Position numbers and translations under genes: made by a program. A stretch of DNA of 64,000 nucleotides from an uncultured Prolixibacteraceae bacterium. GTDB taxonomy: Bacteria > Bacteroidota > Bacteroidia > Bacteroidales > FEN-979. The stretch is taken from positions 1,669 through 65,668 of the forward strand of contig CAZXQU010000005.1 of NCBI GenBank assembly GCA_964642545.1. The letters run 5' to 3'. Under the pieces are notes generated by a model. The model was not told the origin of the DNA, made no database searches, and worked only from the letters and a program-made list of their open reading frames with translations. Of the stretch, positions 1 to 9,721 are shown in pieces (within the stretch, counting starts at the first letter, position 1; every line of letters starts with the position of its first letter).

Positions 1-480
1 GGCATCGGAGAGTACAAGGATCCGGCCTAACATCTCTTGTTCCCTGGACGTGGGACGGAACTGTTTACGGATATCCAAACGTTGAACAAGTGCATTGATG
101 GCATCGTAATCGCAAGGGAATCCTGCGATATCAACAGGCATGATCACTTTTGTGCGAGGGGTTATCGCCTTTTTAATGGCACCCACCGAAATATTAAAGT
201 CCTCGCCAACATCAACAAAAACCACTTTCGCTCCGCAATGGACAACAACATTGGCGGTAGCACAGTAGGTATATGCCGGAACGATCACTTCGTCACCATT
301 CCCAACCCCAAACCACCGCAGCATCAACTCCAGTCCAGATGAACCGGAATTGACACAGAAAGTCACCTTCTGTCCGCCAAACGCTGTGAGATTTTTTTCG
401 AACTGTTTGGTTCTTGGCCCGGTAGTAATCCACCCTGAATAGAGCGCCTCAACGACAGCGTCGGTGATCTTTTTGTCCAT
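1..480 (-). CDS. DegT/DnrJ/EryC1/StrS-family PLP sugar aminotransferase, N-terminal part (gene continues past the left edge)
   Basis: Absent from the ORF track because it is open to the window edge. Reverse-strand translation from ATG (478-480) reads MDKKITDAVVEALYSGWITTGPRTKQFEKNLTAFGGQKVTFCVNSGSSGLELMLRWFGVGNGDEVIVPAYTYCATANVVVHCGAKVVFVDV..., a typical N-terminus of this family. Confidence 0.8.
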   Translation of the reverse strand, partial: MDKKITDAVVEALYSGWITTGPRTKQFEKNLTAFGGQKVTFCVNSGSSGLELMLRWFGVGNGDEVIVPAYTYCATANVVVHCGAKVVFVDVGEDFNISVGAIKKAITPRTKVIMPVDIAGFPCDYDAINALVQRLDIRKQFRPTSREQEMLGRILVLSDA

Positions 481-507
481 ACGGGGTGGGGAAAACGGGA
501 TCAAAGT

Positions 508-549
508 AATTAAGAATTATGAGTTACGATTTACGAATTATCAGTTTAA
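508..549. repeat. 7-nt periodic degenerate array, 6 units (aattaag aattatg agttacg atttacg aattatc agtttaa)
   Basis: Read directly from the sequence. Fills the spacer between the purC stop (550-552) and the aminotransferase start (480). Confidence 0.8.
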
Positions 550-1500
550 TCAGTGTGATTGAAGCCAACGGAGAATATTTTGCTCTACACGTTTGATCAC
601 ATCAGAAGTGTCGGATTTTAAGAAACTCTCACCGGTGATCTTTTCATAGAGTTCAATATACCTTTCCGAAATCTGGTTCACAATGTCATCGGTCATTTCG
701 GGGACCTGCTGTCCGGCGTTTCCCATGAAATTATTCGCCATCAGCCATTCCCTCACAAACTCCTTTGAAAGCTGTTTCTGTTGCTCTCCATTCGCCTGGC
801 GCTCTTCGTATCCGCCGAGGTAGAAATAACGTGAAGAATCCGGGGTGTGGATCTCATCGATCAGATAAATCGTTCCATCGTCGCCTTTACCAAACTCATA
901 TTTTGTATCAACAAGGATCAGCCCTTTCTCTCTTGCCATTTCGGTGCCACGCTGGAACAGTTCCCTGGTGTATTTCTCAAGAAGTGCATAATCTTCAGCA
1001 GAGACAAGACCATGGCTGATGATCTCCTCTTTTGAGATATCTTCATCATGTCCTTCTGTGGCTTTGGTGGTGGGCGTGACGATAGGTTCGGGAAACCGCT
1101 CGTGCTCTTTCATCCCGTCGGGTATTGGCACTCCGCAAATCTCACGTGAACCATTTTTATAGGATCTCCATGAACTGCCAGTCAGGTAGCCCCGGATGAT
1201 CATCTCTACCGGAAAGGGTTTACAGTATTTGCCAATCGTGACGCTTGGGTCGGGACTGTCAATCTTCCAATTGGGACAGATATCTTCCGTCGCATCCAGG
1301 AATTTAATGGCAATCTGGTTCAAAACCTGACCCTTGTATGGAATGCCTCTCGGAAGTACTACGTCAAATGCGCTGATGCGGTCGGATGTGACCATCACCA
1401 AATAGGTGTCATCAATGTTGTATACATCTCTTACTTTCCCTTTGTAGAGGCTTTTTTGGCCGGGAAAACTGAACTCGGTTTTTCGGATTACGTTCTCCAT
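550..1500 (-). CDS. purC: Phosphoribosylaminoimidazole-succinocarboxamide (SAICAR) synthase
   Basis: The N-terminus [29 protein letters not shown]...TSDRISAFD is a PurC hallmark. The ORF-track TTG start at 1527 overlaps a TAacTTTG promoter box, so I take the ATG at 1498-1500. Confidence 0.9.
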   Translation of the reverse strand: MENVIRKTEFSFPGQKSLYKGKVRDVYNIDDTYLVMVTSDRISAFDVVLPRGIPYKGQVLNQIAIKFLDATEDICPNWKIDSPDPSVTIGKYCKPFPVEMIIRGYLTGSSWRSYKNGSREICGVPIPDGMKEHERFPEPIVTPTTKATEGHDEDISKEEIISHGLVSAEDYALLEKYTRELFQRGTEMAREKGLILVDTKYEFGKGDDGTIYLIDEIHTPDSSRYFYLGGYEERQANGEQQKQLSKEFVREWLMANNFMGNAGQQVPEMTDDIVNQISERYIELYEKITGESFLKSDTSDVIKRVEQNILRWLQSH

Positions 1501-1524
1501 ATTCACGTGTTGTTTTGTGGTTGA

Positions 1525-1532
1525 CAAAGTTA
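1525..1532 (-). promoter_or_regulatory. Bacteroidota -7 promoter box TAacTTTG for purC
   Basis: Forward caaagtta is TAACTTTG on the minus strand, about 25 nt upstream of the purC ATG. Confidence 0.45.
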
Positions 1533-1553
1533 GGCAAATTAAAAAATTGAAGG

Positions 1554-2495
1554 TTATTTCGAATAAGCTTTTATGATCCGGCCCACCAGCTTATGCCGGA
1601 TGATATCCTTTTCATCCAGGTAAACAAATGAGATTCCCGGCACCTCATTCAGGATCGATTGGGCTTGGATCAGCCCCGACTCCTGTTTCGGTGGCAAGTC
1701 GATCTGAGTAATATCTCCTGTAACAATGAATTTAGCAGAGGCTCCCATTCGTGTCAGGAACATTTTTAACTGTCCTGGTGTTGTATTCTGGGCTTCGTCC
1801 AGGATCGCAAAGGCATTGTTGAGTGTTCGTCCACGCATGAAAGCCAGCGGGGCCACCTCGATGGTGCCATCTTCGAGGAACGCAAGCAGCTTTTGTGTTG
1901 GCAGCATGTCGCGAAGGGCATCATAGAGTGGTTGGAGGTAAGGATCAAGTTTCTCTTTGAGGTCGCCCGGAAGGAAACCAAGGTTCTCACCAGCTTCCAC
2001 TGCTGGCCGTGTAAGGATGATCCGTTGGACCTCTTTGTTTTTTAAGGCCCTCACTGCCAAGGCAATTGCTGTGTAGGTTTTCCCGGTACCAGCTGGTCCG
2101 ATAGCGAGCATCAGGTCATCCTTGTCAATGGCCTCAACCATCTTCTGTTGGTTAGGGGTGCGTGCCCGGATGAGCATGCCGTTCCGGCCATGAACCAGCA
2201 CGCCAGCATGATGCCCCTCTGGCTTCAGTGGGATTGATCCGTTTTCAGCAGCCAGGAGATACGTGATATCTCCCTTCGTAAGCCTGCCAAAATTCTCATA
2301 GTGGAGCAGGAGTGTGGTGAACTTCTCTTCAAACTCAAGCAACAGTGACTCTTCACCCATTGCCTTAATCACATTGTCGCGTGCAACGATTTTCAGTTTT
2401 GGGAAGAAATTCCTTACTTCATAAAGGTTTTGATCATTGACGCCAAAGATCTCCAATGGGTCAACTGATTCAATCCGGATTATTTTTTCGCTCAT
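1554..2495 (-). CDS. phoH: PhoH-family ATPase (PhoH/YbeZ-like)
   Basis: Walker A motif [19 protein letters not shown] and PhoH-type C-terminal region. Start taken at [10 protein letters not shown] (ATG 2493-2495); the longer ORF-track N-terminus runs through the promoter region. Confidence 0.9.
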   Translation of the reverse strand: MSEKIIRIESVDPLEIFGVNDQNLYEVRNFFPKLKIVARDNVIKAMGEESLLLEFEEKFTTLLLHYENFGRLTKGDITYLLAAENGSIPLKPEGHHAGVLVHGRNGMLIRARTPNQQKMVEAIDKDDLMLAIGPAGTGKTYTAIALAVRALKNKEVQRIILTRPAVEAGENLGFLPGDLKEKLDPYLQPLYDALRDMLPTQKLLAFLEDGTIEVAPLAFMRGRTLNNAFAILDEAQNTTPGQLKMFLTRMGASAKFIVTGDITQIDLPPKQESGLIQAQSILNEVPGISFVYLDEKDIIRHKLVGRIIKAYSK

Positions 2496-2506
2496 CAAAA
2501 AATATA

Positions 2507-2514
2507 TACCTTTG
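2507..2514 (+). promoter_or_regulatory. -7 box TAccTTTG for the DUF62 gene
   Basis: Exact TAnnTTTG match 25 nt upstream of the ATG at 2539. Confidence 0.45.
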
Positions 2515-2519
2515 ATTCG

Positions 2520-2527
2520 CAAAAGTA
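2520..2527 (-). promoter_or_regulatory. -7 box TActTTTG for phoH
   Basis: Forward caaaagta is TACTTTTG on the minus strand, 25 nt upstream of the phoH ATG. It forms an inverted pair with the box at 2507-2514. Confidence 0.45.
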
Positions 2528-2538
2528 CAAATAAATCA

Positions 2539-3318
2539 ATGCCTGTCATCACACTGACCAGCGACTGGGGAAAGAAGGATCATTACCGCGGAGCCGTTAA
2601 AGGCGCTATTCTGCGCCAACTGCCAAAAGCTGTCATTGTTGATATCTCACATGAGATCCCTCCGTTTGACCTGAACCAGGCAGCTTTTATTATCCGAAAT
2701 TTCTATGCCAACTTCCCGGAAGGCACTGTTCATCTTATCGGAATCAACACCGAAGCCTCTATCGAGAGTCCCCATACCTTAGTGTTCCACAAGGGACATT
2801 ATTTTATCGGGGCCGACAATGGGATCTTCTCCCTTATTTTTGACGAGATACCTGAGCATATTATCGAACTCGACATCATCCAGGATTCCGACTATTTCAC
2901 TTTTTCTACTCGTGATGTCTTTGTAAAAGCTGCCTGTCATATCGCAGCAGGCAAACCCAAGGAGGAACTCGGGCACAAGAAAGAGAAGGTGCTGGTTAAA
3001 ATGGCATTCCAACCGGTGATTAGCGCCGACCAGATCAAAGGAAAAGTGATCTACGTGGATCGTTATGGCAATTCGTTTGCTAATATTACAGAGGAACTCT
3101 TCAATTCAATGGTTAAAAACCGGAAGTTTGTCATCACCTTTCGATCTCCCAATTACCGGATTACCCGCATCAGCAAATCATACCTGGATGTCCATGAAGG
3201 AGAGATGCTAGCTCTCTTCAGCACCAGCGGCTATCTTGAGATTGCCATCAATCGCGGCGATGCCAGCAGCCTGCTGGGCTTAAAGCTGGATACTTCTGTC
3301 CTAATAGAAACTGGGTAG
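2539..3318 (+). CDS. S-adenosyl-L-methionine hydrolase / SAM hydroxide adenosyltransferase family (DUF62)
   Basis: MPVITLTSDWGKKDHYRGAVKGAIL...IDISHEIPPFDL...VIYVDRYGN is a typical DUF62 (chlorinase/fluorinase-like) pattern. The start at 2539 is supported by the upstream -7 box. Confidence 0.8.
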   Translation: MPVITLTSDWGKKDHYRGAVKGAILRQLPKAVIVDISHEIPPFDLNQAAFIIRNFYANFPEGTVHLIGINTEASIESPHTLVFHKGHYFIGADNGIFSLIFDEIPEHIIELDIIQDSDYFTFSTRDVFVKAACHIAAGKPKEELGHKKEKVLVKMAFQPVISADQIKGKVIYVDRYGNSFANITEELFNSMVKNRKFVITFRSPNYRITRISKSYLDVHEGEMLALFSTSGYLEIAINRGDASSLLGLKLDTSVLIETG

Positions 3319-3364
3319 TTGTTGGTTGTCGCGTATCCTTGATCCCTCATCTCAATTTATATTT

Positions 3365-3372
3365 TAACTTTG
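3365..3372 (+). promoter_or_regulatory. -7 box TAacTTTG for gldF
   Basis: Exact motif 23 nt upstream of the ATG at 3395. Confidence 0.45.
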
Positions 3373-3394
3373 CATTCCAAACCAGGCCTGCTCC

Positions 3395-4126
3395 ATGTAC
3401 ACCCTTTTTAAGAAGGAATTGAACGGATTTCTGAACTCCCTGATAGGGTATATAGTAATCGTTGTATTCTTATTGGTTATCGGACTCTTTCTCTGGGTTT
3501 TTCCATTGCAGTTCAATATTTTCGACTTTGGATATGCCAATGTCGATGGCCTCTTTCTGCTTGGTCCGTTCGTTTTTCTGTTTCTGATTCCGGCAATCAC
3601 GATGCGCTCTTTTGCCGATGAGAAAAGGAGTGGGACACTCGAACTACTGATGACCCAACCACTGACTGACCTGCAAGTAATCCTGGCTAAATTCTTTGCC
3701 GGTATGGCACTTGTGATCTTTTCCCTGATCCCTACGCTGGTCTATGTCTATACGGTTTACCAACTGGGATTGCCATCTGGAAATCTCGACATGGGTAGCA
3801 TTTGGGGATCTTACATTGGATTGATCATGCTGGCCGGTGCTTTCGTTTCGATTGGAATCTTTTCATCCTCCCTAACAGATAACCAAATTGTCTCCTTTAT
3901 CCTTGCTGTGTTCCTGAGTTTCTTCATGTACATCGGATTTGAGTTTATCTATACCTTCATCATCTCCGGAAAAACGGGACTTCTGGTCCAGTCCATCGGA
4001 TTGAGCGACCATTATTCCTCCATGAGTCGTGGGGTAATCGATACGCGCGACCTGATCTACTTCCTCAGCGTGATGGCGTTTTTTATACTATTGACAAAGG
4101 TGAAGCTAGAGAGTAGGAAATGGTGA
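3395..4126 (+). CDS. gldF: Gliding-motility-associated ABC transporter permease GldF
   Basis: 243-aa multi-TM ABC-2 permease with N-terminus MYTLFKKELNGFLNSLIGYIVI. It is followed by a GldG-like gene, the canonical gldF-gldG order. Confidence 0.85.
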   Translation: MYTLFKKELNGFLNSLIGYIVIVVFLLVIGLFLWVFPLQFNIFDFGYANVDGLFLLGPFVFLFLIPAITMRSFADEKRSGTLELLMTQPLTDLQVILAKFFAGMALVIFSLIPTLVYVYTVYQLGLPSGNLDMGSIWGSYIGLIMLAGAFVSIGIFSSSLTDNQIVSFILAVFLSFFMYIGFEFIYTFIISGKTGLLVQSIGLSDHYSSMSRGVIDTRDLIYFLSVMAFFILLTKVKLESRKW

Positions 4127-4174
4127 AATAGTGAAAATGGTGAAATAGCGAAATGCGAAAAGCGAAAAACAAAA
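4113..4174. repeat. 7-9 nt periodic array, 8 units ending in GAAA (gtaggaaa tggtgaaa tagtgaaa atggtgaaa tagcgaaa tgcgaaa agcgaaa aacaaaa)
   Basis: Read directly. Contains the gldF stop (4124-4126) and the gldG ATG (4153) plus its first codons (MRKAKNK). Confidence 0.8.
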
Positions 4175-5901
4175 AGTGGGACATTAAGCGGAATAATATT
4201 CTTCAGGTAACCCTGGGGATTGTGATTATTTTGCTTGTGAACATTATCGCTTCCTTTGTTTTTACTCGAGTTGACCTGACAGCCGAAAAACGTTACTCAT
4301 TATCACCTGCTGTAAAAAGCATGCTAAAGGGGCTTGATGACGATGTTTTCTTCAGGGTTTACCTCGATGGAGAGTTGCCTTCCGGATTTCGCCGGCTTGC
4401 CAACGAAACCCGGGATATGCTCAACGAGTTCAGGGCCTACAGTGACCATATTCACTTCGAGTTCATCAATCCATCAGCGAGTCCGAATTCACGTGAGAGG
4501 AATGATACTTACAGACTTCTTGCAGAACAGGGGCTACAACCAACGGATCTTCGTGTAACCAACAAAGGAGAATCATCCCAACTGATCATTTTTCCCGGCA
4601 CTATCGTGGTTTACCGGGGTCGGGAATTACCGGTACAGTTATTAATGACACAGCTGGGTCAGGATCCGCAAAAGGTGCTGAATAACTCCATCCAGGCACT
4701 CGAGTATAACCTGGGTAATGCGATTGACAAGCTCATCAATGCCACGAAACCCAGAGTTGCAATTCTGGAGGGGCAGGGAGAGTTATCGAGGGAGGAGACC
4801 CTGGATATGGAAGATGCACTCTCCGAATACTACAATATTGAGAGAATTGTAATCAACAACAAGATCAACAGCCTGACTGTCAGGCTTAAGACTGATTCTT
4901 CCGGGTCGCCGTTGGTAAACAAATTCAAAGCACTGATTATTGCGGGTCCCGAACGGCGTTTTGATGATCGGGATAAGTTCCTTATCGACCAGTTTATCAT
5001 GCGTGGAGGAAGAGTATTGTGGATGATAGACCCTGTGTTTGCAAAAATGGACAGTTTGCAACAGTTTCCTTCTACCATGGGGATATCAAATGATATCAAT
5101 ATCGATGATATGCTTTTTAGCTATGGCGTGAGACTAAACAAGAACCTTGTCATGGATATGAGCGCGCTGCCGATCCCGGTGAAAACCGGACAAGTTGGAG
5201 ATCAGCCACAATTCGACTTCTTCCCATGGTACTATTTCCCTTTGATCACACCCGCCAGCAATCATCCCGTTGTAAATGGTCTGAATGTTGTAAAAACGGA
5301 GTTTATCAGCAGTATCGACACCGTTGAAGCGCCCGGAGTGAAAAAAACGGTTTTACTTACCTCTTCCCCTTACTCACGGATTGTCAATGCGCCGGTGTTG
5401 ATTGATCTTGAGATCCTTCGCGATGAACCTGATCCGCGAATGTATAATAGCGGGGCACAGCCGGTTGCAGTTCTTCTTGAAGGGGAGTTCACATCGGCAT
5501 ACCTGTTCAGGCTTCCTCCCGAAATAGAGTTGAATAAAGATATCGACTTCCGGAAGAAGAGCAAACCTACACGTATGGTTGTAATTGCCGATGGCGATAT
5601 CGCAAAGAACCAATATCATGTCACCCAGAAGTACCCGTTGCCTCTGGGATATGACCAATTTACCGGCCAGACTTTTGGGAATAAAGAGCTTCTGATAAAC
5701 ATTATGAACTACCTGTGTGATGATTCGGGTCTGATCTCCATCCGATCGAGGGAGCTGAAGTTAAGGTTGCTGGATATGACAAAACTGGCATCTCAACGAC
5801 CTTTATGGCAAGCTATTAATGTAATTCTCCCAATCATTCTGATCCTTGGATTTGGCTTGATTAAGTCCCAGTTGCGGAGAAGAAAATATACCAGAAAATG
5901 A
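4153..5901 (+). CDS. gldG: Gliding-associated ABC transporter substrate-binding component GldG
   Basis: 582 aa with N- and C-terminal TM anchors, in the position after gldF. Sequence is GldG-like (…RYSLSPAVKSMLKGLDDDVFFRVYL…). Confidence 0.85.
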   Translation: MRKAKNKKWDIKRNNILQVTLGIVIILLVNIIASFVFTRVDLTAEKRYSLSPAVKSMLKGLDDDVFFRVYLDGELPSGFRRLANETRDMLNEFRAYSDHIHFEFINPSASPNSRERNDTYRLLAEQGLQPTDLRVTNKGESSQLIIFPGTIVVYRGRELPVQLLMTQLGQDPQKVLNNSIQALEYNLGNAIDKLINATKPRVAILEGQGELSREETLDMEDALSEYYNIERIVINNKINSLTVRLKTDSSGSPLVNKFKALIIAGPERRFDDRDKFLIDQFIMRGGRVLWMIDPVFAKMDSLQQFPSTMGISNDINIDDMLFSYGVRLNKNLVMDMSALPIPVKTGQVGDQPQFDFFPWYYFPLITPASNHPVVNGLNVVKTEFISSIDTVEAPGVKKTVLLTSSPYSRIVNAPVLIDLEILRDEPDPRMYNSGAQPVAVLLEGEFTSAYLFRLPPEIELNKDIDFRKKSKPTRMVVIADGDIAKNQYHVTQKYPLPLGYDQFTGQTFGNKELLINIMNYLCDDSGLISIRSRELKLRLLDMTKLASQRPLWQAINVILPIILILGFGLIKSQLRRRKYTRK

Positions 5902-6962
5902 AAAAAAACAGAATCGTTTTACTTGTTGTTCTGATCCTGGCTATTGTAGCCATTGTTTTATTCTTTTCACGGTCGGATAAGACGTTTCAAAGTTCGCTGA
6001 GTGATTTTGCCATTGCAGATACTGCATCTGTAACCAAGATCTTTATGTCTGATAAAAATAACAACATGGTCACTCTCTCAAGGGAGGCTTACGGAAGCTG
6101 GGGGCTCAACGACAAATATATGGCTTCGAAGTTCAATATGGACATGTTACTTCAAACCTTACACAACCTGGCTGTAAAAGAACCGGTAGCCCTGGCAGCA
6201 CACGACAATGTGATCCGGGAACTTGCTGTCAATTCCGTGAAAGTTGAAATCTATCAGGAGGTATACCGTGTTGACTTGTTCAATACCATCAAGTGGTTTC
6301 CCCATGAGAAACTTACAAAGGTTTTCTATGTTGGCGGTGCAACCCAGAGCAATCGCGGAACTTATATGCTGATGGAAGACTCCTCTACGCCATTTGTAAT
6401 CTTTATACCTGGCTTCAGGGGGTTTGTTTCACCAAGGTTTACTCCAATGACCAATGCCTGGCGCGATTATACTATCTTCAAAAAGGAGTTGCCTCAGATC
6501 TCTTCTGTTAAAGTCGAAATTCCCGTTAAGGATAATGAATCGTATGTAATTACGAACAACCAAAATAGCTCCGTTTCCCTATACTCTTTCCCTGAGATGG
6601 AAATTATCCCTGGTTTCGACACTCTGGCGGTATTGAATTTTCTTACCGGATTCAGAAATCTCAATTTTGAAGGAGTTCTGAGTGATATTGATTCCGGGAA
6701 AAGGGATTCAGTGCTTGCCTCTACTCCGTTTACGATTATTACGTTGACAGACACTGTGGGTTTGAGTAAAACCATTAAAACCTTCTTCAAGGAGGGATAT
6801 GGGGAGGCCGATCTGAATGGAAATGAAATCCCCTATGACCTGGATAGATTTTATGCGCTGGTAAACGATGGCGAAGATTTTGTACTTGTACAATATTTTG
6901 CTTTCGACCGCGTGCTGCGTCCAAGATCTTTTTTCCTGAAGGATCCTCCCCCAATCCACTAG
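5898..6962 (+). CDS. DUF4340-like membrane-anchored protein commonly found downstream of gldG
   Basis: N-terminal TM segment. The ATGA overlap with the gldG stop suggests translational coupling. The family call rests on context and general resemblance only. Confidence 0.6.
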   Translation: MKKNRIVLLVVLILAIVAIVLFFSRSDKTFQSSLSDFAIADTASVTKIFMSDKNNNMVTLSREAYGSWGLNDKYMASKFNMDMLLQTLHNLAVKEPVALAAHDNVIRELAVNSVKVEIYQEVYRVDLFNTIKWFPHEKLTKVFYVGGATQSNRGTYMLMEDSSTPFVIFIPGFRGFVSPRFTPMTNAWRDYTIFKKELPQISSVKVEIPVKDNESYVITNNQNSSVSLYSFPEMEIIPGFDTLAVLNFLTGFRNLNFEGVLSDIDSGKRDSVLASTPFTIITLTDTVGLSKTIKTFFKEGYGEADLNGNEIPYDLDRFYALVNDGEDFVLVQYFAFDRVLRPRSFFLKDPPPIH

Positions 6963-6990
6963 GGATTCTTGTTTAGAAGTTTCAGCAAGT

Positions 6991-8262
6991 ATGATTGATA
7001 TTATCACACGCAAGAAACCATTTTTAACAAATACATTTAAACTTGTCGCCGGTGCAGGCATTGGACAAGCCATCTCACTTGCAATCGCCCCTCTTCTCAC
7101 CCGCATATACTCCCCGGCAGAATTTGGCCTCTATACTTTCTTCATCTCTATTGCCGGTGGTTTTGGTCTTGTGGCAACCTTGAGGTATGAGATGGCGATT
7201 ATTTTGCAGAAACGACCGGATGGGGGAATAAATATGGCTTCCATCTCGCTGACTATCACGTTTCTGATCTCATGCTTACTTATGGCCGGCATTGCACTGC
7301 TAGATCTGTTTTTCCCGAAATTTACCGGCGAGGGAGTGTTACGGCAAATGATTTTCCTGCTACCGCTTCTGGTTTTACTGATCGGTGCCGGAAATATCTT
7401 TCAACATTGGTTCAATCGGCAAGGCAAGTATTCCATTCTGGCAACAGGTAAAGTAATCAACTCATTGGGTAATAACGGTGGGATGCTTTTACTTGGTATA
7501 TTAGGAATGGGCGTATGGGGACTTGTCGGGGGATTTATTTTTGGAGCGGGATTGTTTGTCCTCTTCTTTTTCCTAATTTTTATCTATTACGACCGCCATA
7601 TTCTGAAAGATATCCGCTTATCCTCTTTCCCCATATTACTCAAGAGACACCGAGATCTTCCACTTGCTAACTCTCCCCAGGTTGTGCTGGAGATGCTTCA
7701 AAATTATGGGATAATTTACCTGGCCAAGATTTTCTTTGATGCCGCAGTTGTAGGGTGGTATGCCCTTTCCATGCGTATCATGCAGGCACCCTTGTTACTC
7801 ATTGGTTCATCCATCTCCCAGGTGCTTTATAAAGATGCTGCTGAACAATATAAAGCTACCGGACATATACGCGATATTGTATGGAAGACACTAAAAATAG
7901 CGATACTGGTTGGTCTCCCTTTCTTATTGACACTTCTCGTTGCCGGTCCATGGTTATTCGCACTGGTCTTTGGTGAGACCTGGAAAGAGTCGGGAATTTA
8001 TGTACAAATTCTTGCTCCATGGATGTTCTTTGATTTTATCCGGTATACTATTGCGCAGGTACCACTGATAGTAAATCGTACACGTACGATGTTTTACATT
8101 TCTATTGCAGGGAATGTATTGATGTTACTTTCCATGTGTGCAGGAGGATTATACTTTCACAATGTTATGACAGGATTCATCCTGTTGTCTGTCTCGATGA
8201 GCGTGTATGCCATTGGAGTTATCGTATGGATCTTTTCAATCATAAAACCAACCCGGTCATGA
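6991..8262 (+). CDS. Polysaccharide/O-antigen flippase (Wzx-like, MOP superfamily)
   Basis: 423 aa, about 12 TM segments, N-terminus ...LVAGAGIGQAISLAIAPLLTRIYSPAEFGLY typical of Wzx-type flippases. First gene of the glycan cluster. Confidence 0.8.
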   Translation: MIDIITRKKPFLTNTFKLVAGAGIGQAISLAIAPLLTRIYSPAEFGLYTFFISIAGGFGLVATLRYEMAIILQKRPDGGINMASISLTITFLISCLLMAGIALLDLFFPKFTGEGVLRQMIFLLPLLVLLIGAGNIFQHWFNRQGKYSILATGKVINSLGNNGGMLLLGILGMGVWGLVGGFIFGAGLFVLFFFLIFIYYDRHILKDIRLSSFPILLKRHRDLPLANSPQVVLEMLQNYGIIYLAKIFFDAAVVGWYALSMRIMQAPLLLIGSSISQVLYKDAAEQYKATGHIRDIVWKTLKIAILVGLPFLLTLLVAGPWLFALVFGETWKESGIYVQILAPWMFFDFIRYTIAQVPLIVNRTRTMFYISIAGNVLMLLSMCAGGLYFHNVMTGFILLSVSMSVYAIGVIVWIFSIIKPTRS

Positions 8263-8870
8263 CCGTAACAACCCCTGACAGATCAAAAATTTTAGAAAGA
8301 ATTCTTACGCTTGATAAAGTCTTTATCGAGTTGGGATGCGGATCAAGCAAAAAAGATTCTGCCGCCATTGGTATCGATATGGTAGATCTTCCTGGCGTGG
8401 ATATCGTTTGCAACCTGGAAGAGGGGCTACCATTTCTTCCGGATGAATGTGCTGATAGTGTGTTCTCCTCGCACTTTCTTGAACACCTATCAAACCTTGA
8501 TCTTATGATGTCAGAATCATTCCGGGTTCTTAAAAAAGGGGGAGTGATGAAGGGATGTGTTCCCCATTTTTCCAATCCCTATTTTTACAGCGATTATACA
8601 CATAAAACCTCATTCGGTCTGTATTCCTTTTGTTATTTTTCCAAGGAATCCCCATTCAAAAGGGGGGTGCCAATGTTCTATAATTCGTTTAATTTTAGGA
8701 TTAAAAGAGTTAAACTAGTTTTTTATTCTCCGTTCCTGATACGAAATATTTTCAGAAAGATACTAACCTGGGTGTTCAATTCATCCCGTTTTATGCAGGA
8801 GTGGTATGAAGAGGGATTCTGCTACATGTTTCCTGCGTATGAATTGGAATTTGAACTTGAGAAACTTTAA
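8259..8870 (+). CDS. Class I SAM-dependent methyltransferase (type 11)
   Basis: Motif I ELGCGSSKK and FSSHFLEHL...VLKKGG. The start at ATG 8259 forms an ATGA overlap with the flippase stop. Earlier in-frame Met codons lie inside the flippase gene. Confidence 0.75.
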   Translation: MTVTTPDRSKILERILTLDKVFIELGCGSSKKDSAAIGIDMVDLPGVDIVCNLEEGLPFLPDECADSVFSSHFLEHLSNLDLMMSESFRVLKKGGVMKGCVPHFSNPYFYSDYTHKTSFGLYSFCYFSKESPFKRGVPMFYNSFNFRIKRVKLVFYSPFLIRNIFRKILTWVFNSSRFMQEWYEEGFCYMFPAYELEFELEKL

Positions 8871-8875
8871 TCTGA

Positions 8876-9721
8876 ATGGCAAAGCCAAGGACAGAGACTG
8901 ATCTTAGTATTGTAATTGTAAACTACAATTCCGGCGAGCTCCTGAAGAATTGCCTGGATTCAATCTTCCTTCATATTCAAGGTAGCTATCAGGTAATTAT
9001 TTATGACAATGCCTCTTCTGATGATTCACTCTCTTTTATACAAACCAATTTTTCGGATTCTTTCCCTCTGACACTGATACGGGGAGATGAAAATCTGGGC
9101 TTCTCAAGGGCAAATAATCTGGCTGTACAACACGCCAATGGCAGATTCCTCCACTTCCTTAATCCGGATATGGTTGTCAACAATAACCTCAATCAAGATT
9201 ACCAGGATATCATCCAAGGCAGTACTGAAGGCATTTGGGTCACGAGCTTGGTTGATCAGGAAGGTAGATTGCTGAAGAACAAGCATATGATTCCTCGGTT
9301 GAAGAATTTCCTGAACAGATTGTTTCAGAAGAATCAAGTGGGATACTGGAATATTGGAGCGAGCGTGATCATGAACAGGTCAATATTCGACCGGATAGGG
9401 GGATGGAATGAAGATACATTTATGTACGCTGAGGATCTGGAACTTTTTTACCAGGCCCATCTCAACCAGATCCCGGTTGCCTACCTGGATACCAGGATCG
9501 TGCATATCGGGAAGGGATCTACACAACACAGATGGAATGAGCGGGAACGAGCTCGTGTGATCGAGGAGTCGTTTTTTAAATTTTTTAAAAGACATGAAGC
9601 GGCCTGGGAGTATTATCTGGTACGTCCTATTATGCTGATGTATATCTTGATGAATGAACCGCGCCAATTCGGTATCTACTTCAATGCTTTTTTTCGACGT
9701 TGTTTTAAATGCACAGAATGA
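8876..9721 (+). CDS. Glycosyltransferase family 2
   Basis: LSIVIVNYNSGELLKNCLDS...YDNASSDDS...ED motif, a typical GT2 fold. Confidence 0.85.
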   Translation: MAKPRTETDLSIVIVNYNSGELLKNCLDSIFLHIQGSYQVIIYDNASSDDSLSFIQTNFSDSFPLTLIRGDENLGFSRANNLAVQHANGRFLHFLNPDMVVNNNLNQDYQDIIQGSTEGIWVTSLVDQEGRLLKNKHMIPRLKNFLNRLFQKNQVGYWNIGASVIMNRSIFDRIGGWNEDTFMYAEDLELFYQAHLNQIPVAYLDTRIVHIGKGSTQHRWNERERARVIEESFFKFFKRHEAAWEYYLVRPIMLMYILMNEPRQFGIYFNAFFRRCFKCTE